Shown: positions 8,066 through 17,663 of the stretch, one piece after another | Layout: the number at the start of each line of letters is the position of its first letter | How positions within the stretch are numbered: the stretch's first letter is position 1 | IMG/VR virus record: IMGVR_UViG_3300020577_007897 | Length of the DNA stretch: 64,000 nt | Source of the DNA: a virus | Lineage: Duplodnaviria; Heunggongvirae; Uroviricota; Caudoviricetes | Strand: one strand, 5' to 3' | Made by a program: the position numbers and the translations under genes | The notes under the pieces: model-generated | Database searches by the model: none | Seen by the model: the letters and a program-made list of their open reading frames with translations, nothing else | What the model was told of the DNA's origin: nothing

Positions 8066-8269
8066 ATGGGTTGGGGTTCAGGCTCTTCCATCGCTGAAGA
8101 AATTATTAACAAGGTAACCAAGAGTAAGAAGTTTACTGACGATCAGTGTGAGTTTATTGCTGCTACTCTGATCAATGCATTTGAAGATGCTGATTGTGAT
8201 ACTCTAGACGAAGTGCGTAATAAGATCTTTCAAAAAGTATGGCAGCAAATGAATGGTGCTGAGCAGTGA
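8066..8269 (+). CDS. hypothetical protein
   Basis: RBS TAGGAGATAATC before the ATG. 67 aa. Confidence 0.45.
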   Translation: MGWGSGSSIAEEIINKVTKSKKFTDDQCEFIAATLINAFEDADCDTLDEVRNKIFQKVWQQMNGAEQ

Positions 8270-8532
8270 GTGAAGATAATCATGAAGAGTTAGAATGGGC
8301 AAAGAACTGCAAGTATGCAGTTATTGCTGTTAACTCCAGGGGTAAAATTCTTCATACTATTTTTCAGGATCATAAGCCTACCGAGAAAGATTTTCTTCAT
8401 TATGAAGAAGAGCTCTCTACAGATGAAGAGCTAGGTATGGTTCATGAAGACGATTGGCATCTTATTGAAGCTAATGAGCCCACTTTAGCATTGTTAAAAC
8501 AAAAGCTGTTTGAAGTTGAAAATGAAAAGTGA
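8266..8532 (+). CDS. hypothetical acidic protein
   Basis: 88 aa. Confidence 0.4.
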   Translation: MSEDNHEELEWAKNCKYAVIAVNSRGKILHTIFQDHKPTEKDFLHYEEELSTDEELGMVHEDDWHLIEANEPTLALLKQKLFEVENEK

Positions 8533-8728
8533 TATTGTAGCTAAGTTGAGAAATAGAGCTCATATTCTGGGCCTAGATGGTTTTTATACCGAAGCCTGGA
8601 TGAATGAAGAAGCGGCTGAAACTATCGAATTCCTTCGCCAGGAAAACCAACGTCTTGAAGAATTAGTTGAAAAAGTCTCTAACGTAAGAATGATGAAACA
8701 TGAGAGAAAATCTGCAGAACGAGATTAA
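8510..8728 (+). CDS. hypothetical protein
   Basis: 72 aa. Confidence 0.35.
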   Translation: MKLKMKSDIVAKLRNRAHILGLDGFYTEAWMNEEAAETIEFLRQENQRLEELVEKVSNVRMMKHERKSAERD

Positions 8729-9122
8729 TGAACAGCTTGCTATAGCACGTAAGCGTTTGCCTCATATGAGCATGACTGAAGTGATTGATTATGTAATTGA
8801 CGAAGCTTATAAGCCTTATGAGAAAGGCAATATGGGCCGCCGCAATGTCGATGTTCATCGCAAGACATCTGATCGCGATCTCTTGAAAGCATTGAAGCGT
8901 TATAATAAAGCGACAGAACCTAAGCCTATTCCTTTCATTACAAATGGAAAGATTATGCTAACGAAAAATGAGATTGAAGCACTCTCTCAGTTTGTGCTTG
9001 AACGTCCTCATGAAGGTCCTTATACTCTTACTATCAGCAATAAGAGCGGAATTGGCCAAGCTACAATTGTAGAAAGCTTGGCTGAAGAAACCAAAGATAT
9101 TACTGACTACGATAAGTGGTAA
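8700..9122 (+). CDS. hypothetical protein
   Basis: 140 aa. Confidence 0.4.
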   Translation: MRENLQNEINEQLAIARKRLPHMSMTEVIDYVIDEAYKPYEKGNMGRRNVDVHRKTSDRDLLKALKRYNKATEPKPIPFITNGKIMLTKNEIEALSQFVLERPHEGPYTLTISNKSGIGQATIVESLAEETKDITDYDKW

Positions 9123-9185
9123 GCTAAATAAATTATGTAAGAGCCAGGGGAGTCCTGGTTCTCAAAGTCAATAGGAGTTATTGAC

Positions 9186-10226
9186 ATGTATGACTATCTC
9201 GTCTTTATTGGGCGATTCGCGCCCTACCATTCAGGCCACCATGCTGTGGTTTCTGAAGCTCTCAAAAGAACAAAGCATTTGATTATAGTGCTTGGCTCCG
9301 CAGGCCAACCTCGTTCTTTTAGAAATCCCCTCTTTACACACGAGCGCCGTGAAATTATACTTTCTACTCTTTTGGCAGAAGGTGTTGATACCGAGCGTGT
9401 CACGTTTGTAGAGGCTATTGATTATCCCTATAATGATGAAAAGTGGATTACCCAGATTCAATCTCTGGTTAATAGCGTTGTCTTTCGTAAGTGGCAAGCC
9501 GGCCCTGTAAAGGTTGGTCTTGTTGGATTTGCAAAGGACCATTCTTCTTACTACCTCAAGATGTTTCCTCAGTGGGATTCAGTTAACGTAGAAACGAAAA
9601 ATAAGTGCAACGCTACTGACTATCGTAATCGCTTCTTCCGTAAGTTTACTCCTGATGAATTGGTTGATCACTTCTATATCAATCCAGTTCATAAGCAGAA
9701 CGTTCTTTACTACTGCCAAAAGGCTGGTAAAGAAGGAATCTTCGAAGAAGCAGAGTATATCCACAATTACAAAATGTCATGGCAAGGCTCTCCTTTTCCT
9801 CCCACGTTTGTTTGCGTAGATGCTCTTGTTACACAATCAGGACATATTCTGGTTGTTGAGCGAGGACATTCTCCCGGCAAAGGCCAGCTAGCTCTTCCTG
9901 GCGGTTTCGTTAATCAGAACGAACGACTGAAAGATGCTGCTGTACGTGAGCTATATGAAGAAACTGGACTTAAGGTTCCCAAGCCTGTTCTATATGGATC
10001 AATTTCAGACTCTAAGGTGTTTGATGATCCACATCGCTCACAGCGCGGAAGAACTATTACACAGTGTTTCCACTTCCAGCTTGCTGATCAAGAAAAGCTA
10101 CCCAAAGTAAAGGGTGGTGATGATGCTGCTCATGCTTTCTGGATGCCTTTTGCTGATTATGTAAAGGGTCGTGAGAAATTCTTTGAAGATCATTTCGCCA
10201 TGATCGAAACAATGCTGGGATTCTAA
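9186..10226 (+). CDS. natV: bifunctional NMN adenylyltransferase / Nudix hydrolase (NadM-Nudix, KVP40 NatV-like)
   Basis: N-terminal nucleotidyltransferase HxGH motif (FAPYHSGHH). C-terminal Nudix box [23 protein letters not shown]. Confidence 0.85.
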   Translation: MYDYLVFIGRFAPYHSGHHAVVSEALKRTKHLIIVLGSAGQPRSFRNPLFTHERREIILSTLLAEGVDTERVTFVEAIDYPYNDEKWITQIQSLVNSVVFRKWQAGPVKVGLVGFAKDHSSYYLKMFPQWDSVNVETKNKCNATDYRNRFFRKFTPDELVDHFYINPVHKQNVLYYCQKAGKEGIFEEAEYIHNYKMSWQGSPFPPTFVCVDALVTQSGHILVVERGHSPGKGQLALPGGFVNQNERLKDAAVRELYEETGLKVPKPVLYGSISDSKVFDDPHRSQRGRTITQCFHFQLADQEKLPKVKGGDDAAHAFWMPFADYVKGREKFFEDHFAMIETMLGF

Positions 10227-10237
10227 GGAGAACTACA

Positions 10238-11590
10238 ATGTCTAATATTATTCTAAACACCGACTCTTACAAGATGTCGCACTTCTTGCAGTACCCTCCG
10301 CAGACTGCATTTGTGAATAGCTATATTGCTTCCCGCGGAGTAACTGATGTAACGATTGCAGGTAAGAATCCAGAGATCGTTAATCTGGGTCTGCAGATGT
10401 TCATTATGGAGTATCTGCAGAAACCTATTACAATTGATGATATTGAAGAGGCTCGTTATATTGCTCAGCTTCATGGCGTACCTTTTAATGAAGAAGGATG
10501 GATGAAGGTTCTGAAAAAGCATTCTGGTTTTCTTCCTATCGAGATTGAAGGTCTGCCTGAAGGTACTCCTGTACCTGTTGGAACTACTCAGTATCAGGTT
10601 CGTAATACTGATCCTGAACTTCCTTGGGTAACGAGCTATATTGAGACTGCATTGCTTCGCGCAATTTGGTATCCTTCTACTGTTGCTACTATCTCACGAG
10701 AGATTAAGAAGGACATCAAGTACTGGCTCGATAAGACTGCAATGGATACAGCTTCTGTTCTTCCGTTCCGTCTGCATGACTTCGGAGCTCGTGGTGTTAG
10801 CTCCAAAGAAGGTGCTGGTATTGGTGGTCTAGCTCATATTGTTAACTTTAGCGGTACTGATACTATCGAAGCCCTGCAGTATGCATTCCATTACTACTAT
10901 GCACATGGCATGCCTGCATTCTCTATTCCAGCTGCTGAACACAGCACTATTACAAGCTGGGGTAAGGAAAACGAGGCTGAAGCATATCGCAATATGCTAA
11001 AGCAGTTTGGTAAACCTGGTGCTCTAGTAGCTGTTGTATCTGACTCTTATGACATCTATAATGCTTGTGAAAAGATTTGGGGTGAGACTCTACATGATGA
11101 AGTACTTCGTACTGGCGCTACAGTTGTTGTTCGACCTGACTCTGGTTACCCTGTTACCGTTGTCAATAGGGTACTCGATATCCTGGGTGATAAGTTCGGT
11201 TATGTAGAGAATCAGAAGGGCTATAAGGTACTTAACTCTGCTGTTCGCGTTATTCAGGGTGATGGTGTAGACAAGCAATCTATTACTGGTATCCTAATGA
11301 CAATGGCAGAGAACGGTTGGTCTGCTGAGAACGTTGCATTTGGTATGGGTGGTGCTCTTCTGCAGAAGGTAAATCGCGATACATTCAAGTATGCCATGAA
11401 GGCTTCTGCTATCAAGAAGCAGAATGATATTTACTGGTCCGATGTATACAAGCAACCAGTAACTGATTCTATGAAGGTATCAAAGCGCGGTATTCAAACG
11501 GACGAAAGGTTCTTGACTTTCTATGAGAATGGTAATACAATGAATATTATTAGCTTTGATCAAGTTCGAGCGAATGCAGAAGTCAAATAA
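10238..11590 (+). CDS. nadV: nicotinamide phosphoribosyltransferase (NAMPT/NadV)
   Basis: 450 aa starting MSNIILNTDSYKMSHFLQYPP. Type II PRTase motifs are conserved throughout. Confidence 0.85.
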   Translation: MSNIILNTDSYKMSHFLQYPPQTAFVNSYIASRGVTDVTIAGKNPEIVNLGLQMFIMEYLQKPITIDDIEEARYIAQLHGVPFNEEGWMKVLKKHSGFLPIEIEGLPEGTPVPVGTTQYQVRNTDPELPWVTSYIETALLRAIWYPSTVATISREIKKDIKYWLDKTAMDTASVLPFRLHDFGARGVSSKEGAGIGGLAHIVNFSGTDTIEALQYAFHYYYAHGMPAFSIPAAEHSTITSWGKENEAEAYRNMLKQFGKPGALVAVVSDSYDIYNACEKIWGETLHDEVLRTGATVVVRPDSGYPVTVVNRVLDILGDKFGYVENQKGYKVLNSAVRVIQGDGVDKQSITGILMTMAENGWSAENVAFGMGGALLQKVNRDTFKYAMKASAIKKQNDIYWSDVYKQPVTDSMKVSKRGIQTDERFLTFYENGNTMNIISFDQVRANAEVK

Positions 11591-11753
11591 GGCCCATCAA
11601 ACACATCCAGCAGCAGTACTGTGCGGTAAGTGGTATTGTATCAACTGTGGTTTGATGAGACTTAACAACGAAGCAACAAGGAAAGCCTGGGAGAAAAACT
11701 GCCCAGGCTCTCCTGCTGATCAACCAGCAGATGTGAAAGTGATTAGAAAATGA
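11574..11753 (+). CDS. small Cys-rich (zinc-finger-like) protein
   Basis: CGKWYCINCG...CPGS. ATG at 11574 chosen over the track start at 11556. Confidence 0.35.
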   Translation: MQKSNKAHQTHPAAVLCGKWYCINCGLMRLNNEATRKAWEKNCPGSPADQPADVKVIRK

Positions 11754-12400
11754 AAGTACATTTTGGTAGATATCGCGAACATTGGATCTCTCCCTATAAG
11801 CTTCTTGAGAAGATTGTCTTTTGGAAGGATTGGGAGAAGTATCACGCTGAACATGAAGATGATGTCTGGTGGGTTGAAAAAGCAACTGATATTCTAGGCC
11901 CGCTTTGTCGCGGCTATAATAGCGTAATGGGTACTCTATTTCCTCGCAAGATCAAGGTTCGTATTGACCCCTGGGATACCTGGGGCATGTATAATGATCT
12001 AGCACTAATCATCCTGCCTATGCTTATTCAGCTTCAGAAGACTAAGCATGGTGCACCTTATGTTGATGATGCAGACGTGCCAGATGATCTTAAGAGTACA
12101 GCTGCTCCACCCAAAGAGAACGAATGGGATACAGACGATAATCATTTTAAGCGCTGGGATTGGATTCTCGCTGAAATGATCTGGGCGTTTGATTCTATTG
12201 TCAATGAGGATAAGTATGAAGATACTTTCTGGATCCAGCGCGGTGAAGGAATGCATAGCGAGAAGCGTGAAGACGGAAATTATGAAATTAAGTGGGGGAT
12301 TGAACCCAAGCTAGATCGCGAAAAGCGTGATGCGCATTATGCTCGTCAGGAAAATGGCCTCAAGCTATTTGGTAAGTATTACAGAGGACTATGGGACTAA
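11750..12400 (+). CDS. hypothetical Trp-rich protein
   Basis: 216 aa. Confidence 0.45.
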   Translation: MKVHFGRYREHWISPYKLLEKIVFWKDWEKYHAEHEDDVWWVEKATDILGPLCRGYNSVMGTLFPRKIKVRIDPWDTWGMYNDLALIILPMLIQLQKTKHGAPYVDDADVPDDLKSTAAPPKENEWDTDDNHFKRWDWILAEMIWAFDSIVNEDKYEDTFWIQRGEGMHSEKREDGNYEIKWGIEPKLDREKRDAHYARQENGLKLFGKYYRGLWD

Positions 12401-12906
12401 TGAATATTGAACTAATTACTCGTGACAATTGTGAGTTCTGTGCCAAGGCAAAAGAATTCTTGGCCATTGAGCAGATTGCATACTATGAATACAATCTGAC
12501 AAAAGGCGATATTACTCGCGATGAGGTATATGCCAAGCTAGGAAAGTCTACAGATGAAAAAGTTACTCTTCCTGTTGTTTTTATTGATACTGAGTATATT
12601 GGCGGCTATGTGGAGTTGGCTGAGTATTTTGCCGGGCTTGCTATAGAGCGTCAAGCACTAACAGAAGCACTTAAGAATGGAGTTTTACATCTTGAGTTCA
12701 TTAAAGCTGATGGTTCTCTTCGTAAGATGAACGCCACCCTAAATAAACATAAGATCTTTAATGACGATACGTTCTCTTCTTTCCGTGAGGAAGATGAGAA
12801 TAAAGGTTCACCACACAAGCTGTCTGTTTATGATATCGACAAAAGTGCTTGGCGTTCTTTTCGTTTTGATAGACTTAAGTCATGGAAACAGGTGGAATTG
12901 TCATGA
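12391..12906 (+). CDS. glutaredoxin-like protein with C-terminal extension
   Basis: N-terminal CEFC redox motif within a glutaredoxin/NrdH-like fold. 171 aa. Confidence 0.6.
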   Translation: MGLMNIELITRDNCEFCAKAKEFLAIEQIAYYEYNLTKGDITRDEVYAKLGKSTDEKVTLPVVFIDTEYIGGYVELAEYFAGLAIERQALTEALKNGVLHLEFIKADGSLRKMNATLNKHKIFNDDTFSSFREEDENKGSPHKLSVYDIDKSAWRSFRFDRLKSWKQVELS

Positions 12907-13325
12907 GTACAGGTATTACATTTGGCGCATGGGATCTTCTTCATGCTGGCCATCATCATTTTCTCCGCTCATGTGCAATGGAATGCGATGAATTCATCGT
13001 AGGCCTCCATATCGACCCTTCAATTGAACGACCTGATATTAAAGAAAAACCCGTGCAAGGTGTAATGGAAAGATACTGGCAGCTGCAGAATCTAGATTTT
13101 ATTGCTGCAATTATTCCATATGAAACAGAGAAAGATCTTGCAAATATTCTTGCAATGACTCAGCCTTTAGACTATTATTTCCTTGGTACAGATTATGCTC
13201 AAATTAAACTCCCTGAGCGTATTTATAATATACTTGATCACTTTGACATTGAGATCAAGTATATCCATCGTTTGCATGATTTTTCCTCAACCGATCTTAG
13301 AAAGAGAATTAGAGCTAAGAAATGA
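12903..13325 (+). CDS. sugar-phosphate nucleotidyltransferase, cytidylyltransferase fold (HldE domain II / TagD-like)
   Basis: FGAWDLLHAGHHHFL, i.e. (G)xFDxxHxGH. ATG 12903 overlaps the upstream stop as ATGA. Confidence 0.7.
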   Translation: MSTGITFGAWDLLHAGHHHFLRSCAMECDEFIVGLHIDPSIERPDIKEKPVQGVMERYWQLQNLDFIAAIIPYETEKDLANILAMTQPLDYYFLGTDYAQIKLPERIYNILDHFDIEIKYIHRLHDFSSTDLRKRIRAKK

Positions 13326-13939
13326 TTAAACCAAAGATTGTAACTGAACATCCGATTGCATATGAAAGTCATGATCATCTCGTTCCTAAGGGAACCGTGA
13401 ATGACAACACCAAGAACGAAGCTTATGTAAAGGAGCTCATCTCTCGCTTTGACGAGAATATGAAGTATATGGACCTGGGCTGTGCTGGTGGTGGCTTTGT
13501 AGCTCAGTTCCTAGAAAGAGGCGTATTTGCCGTAGGTGTAGAGGGTTCAGACCTTAACCAGAGAACCAAGAGAGCGGAATGGGCTGTGTGGCCTGATTAT
13601 CTGTTTACTGCAGATATCACTAAGCCATTTCACTTCGTAGATGAGGACGATCGTCAGATTTTATTTGAAGCTCTCAGTGCATTTGACGTACTAGAGCATA
13701 TTCATAAGCACGATCTTCCTAACCTAATCACCAATATCAATCGCAACCTGCGAATTGGTGGTGTGTTTGTAGCTTCTATTGCTACATTTGAAGATAAGGA
13801 CTATCACGTAACACTGGAAGAAAAGCCCTGGTGGAATGAGCAATTTGAAGCTCTTGGCTTCCGTGAGACCTGGACACTTAAGCAGTTTGGTCGCTGGTCT
13901 TCTATTTGCGTTGTATATGAGAAGGTAAGTGATGTATAA
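13322..13939 (+). CDS. class I SAM-dependent methyltransferase
   Basis: Motif I MDLGCAGGGF. 205 aa. Confidence 0.7.
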   Translation: MIKPKIVTEHPIAYESHDHLVPKGTVNDNTKNEAYVKELISRFDENMKYMDLGCAGGGFVAQFLERGVFAVGVEGSDLNQRTKRAEWAVWPDYLFTADITKPFHFVDEDDRQILFEALSAFDVLEHIHKHDLPNLITNINRNLRIGGVFVASIATFEDKDYHVTLEEKPWWNEQFEALGFRETWTLKQFGRWSSICVVYEKVSDV

Positions 13940-15032
13940 AAGCAATCAGAAGAAAGCAATTGTAACTGGTATTTCTGGTTACATTGCTCCTATTCTCTGC
14001 AGAATGTTGAAAGAGCAGGGGTACTTTGTCATTGGATGTGACGTCACTGCAGTTGGTGGTCGACTGGGCGATGCTCATAAGAAGTATGTTGACATTGTCA
14101 AGTACGTAGACTTCTGCAGTGATGAGTTTATTAAACTAATTAGCAATTATAAAGATGCAACAGTATTTCATTTAGCAGCCAGTTCACTGCTGGGGCCTTC
14201 ATTCTATAACCCTGAAGAATATTTCTTTAACAATACTGTCAAGACTTTTAAGCTGCTTGAATTCTTGAATCGTAATAGGTTCGGAAGATTCATTTTTGCT
14301 TCTACAGCAGCTGTATATTCTGAAAAGCAGATTAGAAAGTCTGTATGGAAGGGATTGTTTGGTCAAAATGATCTTGAACAGATGCAATACCCTGTCAAAG
14401 AGACTGATATCATCAACCCTCCCAACAACTATGGCCTATCCAAGTTGATGACAGAGCAGATGATTGATTCAATTACCAAAGCTCAAAATATCAACCATGA
14501 AGTATATGGCAAAACTAACTTGATGGAAGCTTTTTCATTCCGCTTCTTCAATGTCATCGGTGGATATGAAAATATGGGGCATCGTTTTGATACTCCTCAC
14601 ATTATGAGCCAGTTGATTGAGTCGTACCGTCTCTCTAATAGACCTTTCTATATCAATGGTGACAATTATAAAACTAAGGACGGTACTTGCGTAAGAGACT
14701 ATGTACATGTAATGGATGTTTGCCGCGCAATGATTCATGTTGATCTGTGGGCAGATGATCAAAATTTTCGCGAGGCTCGACACCTGAAGTTTAATCTTGG
14801 AACAGGTAAAGGTCATACCAACAAAGAAGTTGTTGATACTTTCTGTAAAATTACAAGCCCGCATATCGATAAGAAACCCTTTGATGTAAAGATGCGTGGT
14901 CCTAGACCCGGCGATCCTCCTTATCTGGTTGCAGACCCTAAACTCTTCATTGACACTACAGGCTTCACCTATAAATATTCAGATAATCTTGAATCAATGA
15001 TTGAAAGTGCATGGAGAGCATATAATGTTTGA
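13929..15032 (+). CDS. NAD(P)-dependent sugar epimerase/dehydratase (extended SDR)
   Basis: Rossmann motif TGISGYIAP; catalytic YGLSK (YxxxK). 367 aa. Confidence 0.75.
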   Translation: MMYKSNQKKAIVTGISGYIAPILCRMLKEQGYFVIGCDVTAVGGRLGDAHKKYVDIVKYVDFCSDEFIKLISNYKDATVFHLAASSLLGPSFYNPEEYFFNNTVKTFKLLEFLNRNRFGRFIFASTAAVYSEKQIRKSVWKGLFGQNDLEQMQYPVKETDIINPPNNYGLSKLMTEQMIDSITKAQNINHEVYGKTNLMEAFSFRFFNVIGGYENMGHRFDTPHIMSQLIESYRLSNRPFYINGDNYKTKDGTCVRDYVHVMDVCRAMIHVDLWADDQNFREARHLKFNLGTGKGHTNKEVVDTFCKITSPHIDKKPFDVKMRGPRPGDPPYLVADPKLFIDTTGFTYKYSDNLESMIESAWRAYNV

Positions 15033-16023
15033 AGAGAATGAAATCTCAGAAAAGTCAATGGGCGGTACAGAGCAATGCAAGCGCTCTATTGCTGCTAGAA
15101 TCCCAGCAGAACTAAACGATAACTTCCAGGTCATTTGCTCACGTGTTCGTGAATTGCAGAATGATAAGATTCGCGTGTATTGGGTGCACGATCTTGCTAC
15201 AGACCCAGAAACTAACCATCTCAAGGATGAAGCTTCAAGAGCTCGATTCCACAAAATTGTATTCTGTGGCAATTGGCAGTACAACCAGTACTTGCAGATT
15301 GGCGTCCCCCCAACCAATCAGGTAGCTGTAATTGATACGCCAATTGTCCCATTTGATATAAAGCCCAAGAAGTTTGATGATGGGAAGATCCGAATCATCT
15401 ATACATCAACTCCCCAGCGCGGTCTTTCGATGCTGGTACCTGTGTTTACCAAGCTGACAGAGAAGTACGAGAATATTCATCTTGATGTATTCTCTTCATT
15501 TGGCATCTATGGGTGGCCAGAGGCTGACAAGCAGTTTGAAGAAATCTATGCAATTTGTCGTTCGCATCCCCAGATTACTTACCATGGTTTCCAGCCTAAC
15601 GAAAAGGTTCGTGAAGCTCTGGAAAATGCGCATATCTTTGCATACCCATCAATTTGGCCAGAATGTAACTCTCGCTCTCTCATCGAAGCAATGAGCGCTG
15701 GTCTTCTTTGCTTGCATCCCAACTTTGCTGGTCTATCTGATACGTCTGGCAATCTAACTGCTATGTACCAGTGGGATGAAGACGGCAACAGACATATCAA
15801 CCTATTCTATCAGCTTCTTGATCAGTCAATTAAGATTGTGCAGGAAGAGCAAACTCAGAATTATCTGGCATTCGTTAAGGCGTACGCCGATACTAGATAT
15901 AGTATTGATAAAATTGCTGGCCAATGGCAGGACATGATGAGTGTATTGAACGCTCAGTATCCTACAGTTGAATCTCGAGCAATTCCTAAGTTTGAACCTA
16001 CCTTTATGTATCGAGCAGGATAA
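15025..16023 (+). CDS. glycosyltransferase (GT-B, GT4-like)
   Basis: C-terminal E..N.RSLIEAMSAGL motif (cf. EGFGLPLLEAMACG). ATG 15025 overlaps the upstream stop as ATGTTTGA. Confidence 0.6.
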   Translation: MFEENEISEKSMGGTEQCKRSIAARIPAELNDNFQVICSRVRELQNDKIRVYWVHDLATDPETNHLKDEASRARFHKIVFCGNWQYNQYLQIGVPPTNQVAVIDTPIVPFDIKPKKFDDGKIRIIYTSTPQRGLSMLVPVFTKLTEKYENIHLDVFSSFGIYGWPEADKQFEEIYAICRSHPQITYHGFQPNEKVREALENAHIFAYPSIWPECNSRSLIEAMSAGLLCLHPNFAGLSDTSGNLTAMYQWDEDGNRHINLFYQLLDQSIKIVQEEQTQNYLAFVKAYADTRYSIDKIAGQWQDMMSVLNAQYPTVESRAIPKFEPTFMYRAG

Positions 16024-17000
16024 TGATCGTCACTAAGACACCTCTGAGAATTAGTTTCTTTGGAGGCGGGTCTGACATTCCACAATTCTATAACAAGAAA
16101 CCTGGATTAGTCATTTCTACCTCTATTAACCGTTCTATCAAAATTGCTCTAAACCGATGTGAGACGGATCATGTCCGTCTCTCTTATTCAACGTTTGAGC
16201 AAGTGACCACAGCTGATAAGCTGAAGCACGATAGAGTACGTGAAGCTCTTCTTTCAAATGGCATTCAGTCCAATATTGAGATCACGTCGTTCTCAGACGT
16301 TCCTACTAAGGGAACTGGCCTGGGGTCATCTTCAACATTTACAGTTGGTCTTCTCAAGGCCATTCTTGAGCATAGAGCGTACACCTATAATAAGACCGAT
16401 CTTGCCGAACTGGCATGCGAAATAGAGATTGATAAGCTAAATGAGCCAATTGGAAAACAAGATCAGTATGCTGCTGCTTTTGGCGGCTTTAATATCATTG
16501 AGTTTGATAGCTCTGGTGTAGAGATTCGTCCTCTCAATCTCGGCCGTGATAAGATTAGAGAGCTTGAGAAGAACTTATACTGCTACTCAACTGGCATTAC
16601 TCGAGCTGCATCAGATGTGCTGAAGACACAAGTCAAATCGTTAGGCAAGAGCTCATCCACAACGTTTGAGAATACTTCCATCATGGTTGATATTGCCAAG
16701 CTAGCACATGTTCACCTGATGAAGGGGCGACTATCTGATTTTGGTGGCTTGCTTAATGAGACTTGGAATCTGAAGAAGAAGCTTTCGCCTGGCATGAGCA
16801 ATGCTACGATTGATGAAATGTACAAGACAGCTATAATGAATGGTGCGTTGGGAGGCAAGCTGCTGGGGGCAGGAGGAGGCGGCTATATGCTGTTCTATGT
16901 TCCTGAGAGCAACGAATTCAAATTCCGTGATGCTATGCGTCACTACAAAGAGTTCTATTTCAGGTTCACTGAAGAGGGGTCACAGTCATGGGTAATATGA
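16023..17000 (+). CDS. GHMP-family sugar kinase (HddA-like heptose-7-phosphate kinase candidate)
   Basis: GHMP motif PTKGTGLGSSST; C-terminal GxGGGG in KLLGAGGGGYMLFYV. Confidence 0.75.
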   Translation: MIVTKTPLRISFFGGGSDIPQFYNKKPGLVISTSINRSIKIALNRCETDHVRLSYSTFEQVTTADKLKHDRVREALLSNGIQSNIEITSFSDVPTKGTGLGSSSTFTVGLLKAILEHRAYTYNKTDLAELACEIEIDKLNEPIGKQDQYAAAFGGFNIIEFDSSGVEIRPLNLGRDKIRELEKNLYCYSTGITRAASDVLKTQVKSLGKSSSTTFENTSIMVDIAKLAHVHLMKGRLSDFGGLLNETWNLKKKLSPGMSNATIDEMYKTAIMNGALGGKLLGAGGGGYMLFYVPESNEFKFRDAMRHYKEFYFRFTEEGSQSWVI

Positions 17001-17581
17001 CCGATTATCTTGACTTTTATACAACAAATATTATATCAGCTCTTTCTAGAGTAGATACGCAAAAGGTTGAAGAAGCCTGCGATTTAATTCGTAGTAACTT
17101 ATATGCGCCTGTATTCGTATTTGGTAATGGTGGTTCTGCTGCCATTGCTGAACATTTCACAGTTGATTATAATAAAGGCATTTGGCAAGATACTAAAATC
17201 AATACTAGAGCGATAAGCTTAGTTTCAAATGTTTCTCTATTAACTGCATTAGCTAACGATACTAATTACGCATTTGTTTTCTCGAAACAAATCGATTCAT
17301 ATAATCCAAATGGTAATGGATTAGCTATTGCCATTTCATCTTCTGGCAATTCTCCTAATATATTAAACGGATTAGAAGCAGCTAAACGCAATAATATTAA
17401 GTCAATAGCTTTAGTTGGTTTTGATGGTGGTAACGTTAAAAGCAACAATTTAGCTGACGTTATTATACATGTAAAGAAGTATAATTATGGTATTGTTGAA
17501 GATACTCATATGGTTATACTTCATTCTATTATACAAAAACTTCGTTTAGAATATTCATTAGTTGGAGAACCTAAACTCTAA
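16988..17581 (+). CDS. gmhA: SIS-domain sedoheptulose-7-phosphate isomerase (GmhA-like)
   Basis: VFGNGGSAAIAEHF, ISSSGNSPN, VGFDGG and THMVILHSI align with E. coli GmhA (CGNGGS...HF, ISTSGNS, GKDGG). Confidence 0.85.
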   Translation: MGNMTDYLDFYTTNIISALSRVDTQKVEEACDLIRSNLYAPVFVFGNGGSAAIAEHFTVDYNKGIWQDTKINTRAISLVSNVSLLTALANDTNYAFVFSKQIDSYNPNGNGLAIAISSSGNSPNILNGLEAAKRNNIKSIALVGFDGGNVKSNNLADVIIHVKKYNYGIVEDTHMVILHSIIQKLRLEYSLVGEPKL

Positions 17582-17609
17582 CTCATTGATGTACAACAAT
17601 AGTACCCGC

Positions 17610-17638
17610 TTGATCAGCCTTGCAGGATAGTCTATATT
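17610..17638 (+). promoter_or_regulatory. sigma70-like early promoter TTGATC-N17-TATATT
   Basis: Same architecture as at 4346. ATG at 17646 (8 nt past the -10) opens a 5-codon mini-ORF ending at TAG 17661-17663. Confidence 0.45.
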
Positions 17639-17663
17639 ATAGATAATGAAGAGGAGACTATAG

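Noticed and set aside
10641-10832. Numerous 60-120-aa ORFs nested within or antisense to large genes (e.g. 10641-10832, 1954-2181 minus, 17925-18617 minus, 43726-44103 minus, 57685-58011, 60348-60983)
   Set aside because: They are embedded in confidently assigned longer genes with recognisable domains, lack RBS, and are typical out-of-frame artefacts.
14970-14977. TATAAATA octamers inside coding regions (14970-14977 in the epimerase gene; 20413-20420 in rnh; about 2960 in the membrane-protein gene)
   Set aside because: At about 58% A+T roughly eight chance occurrences are expected in 64 kb on both strands. Occurrences inside early-gene ORFs are most likely random and are not annotated as late promoters.
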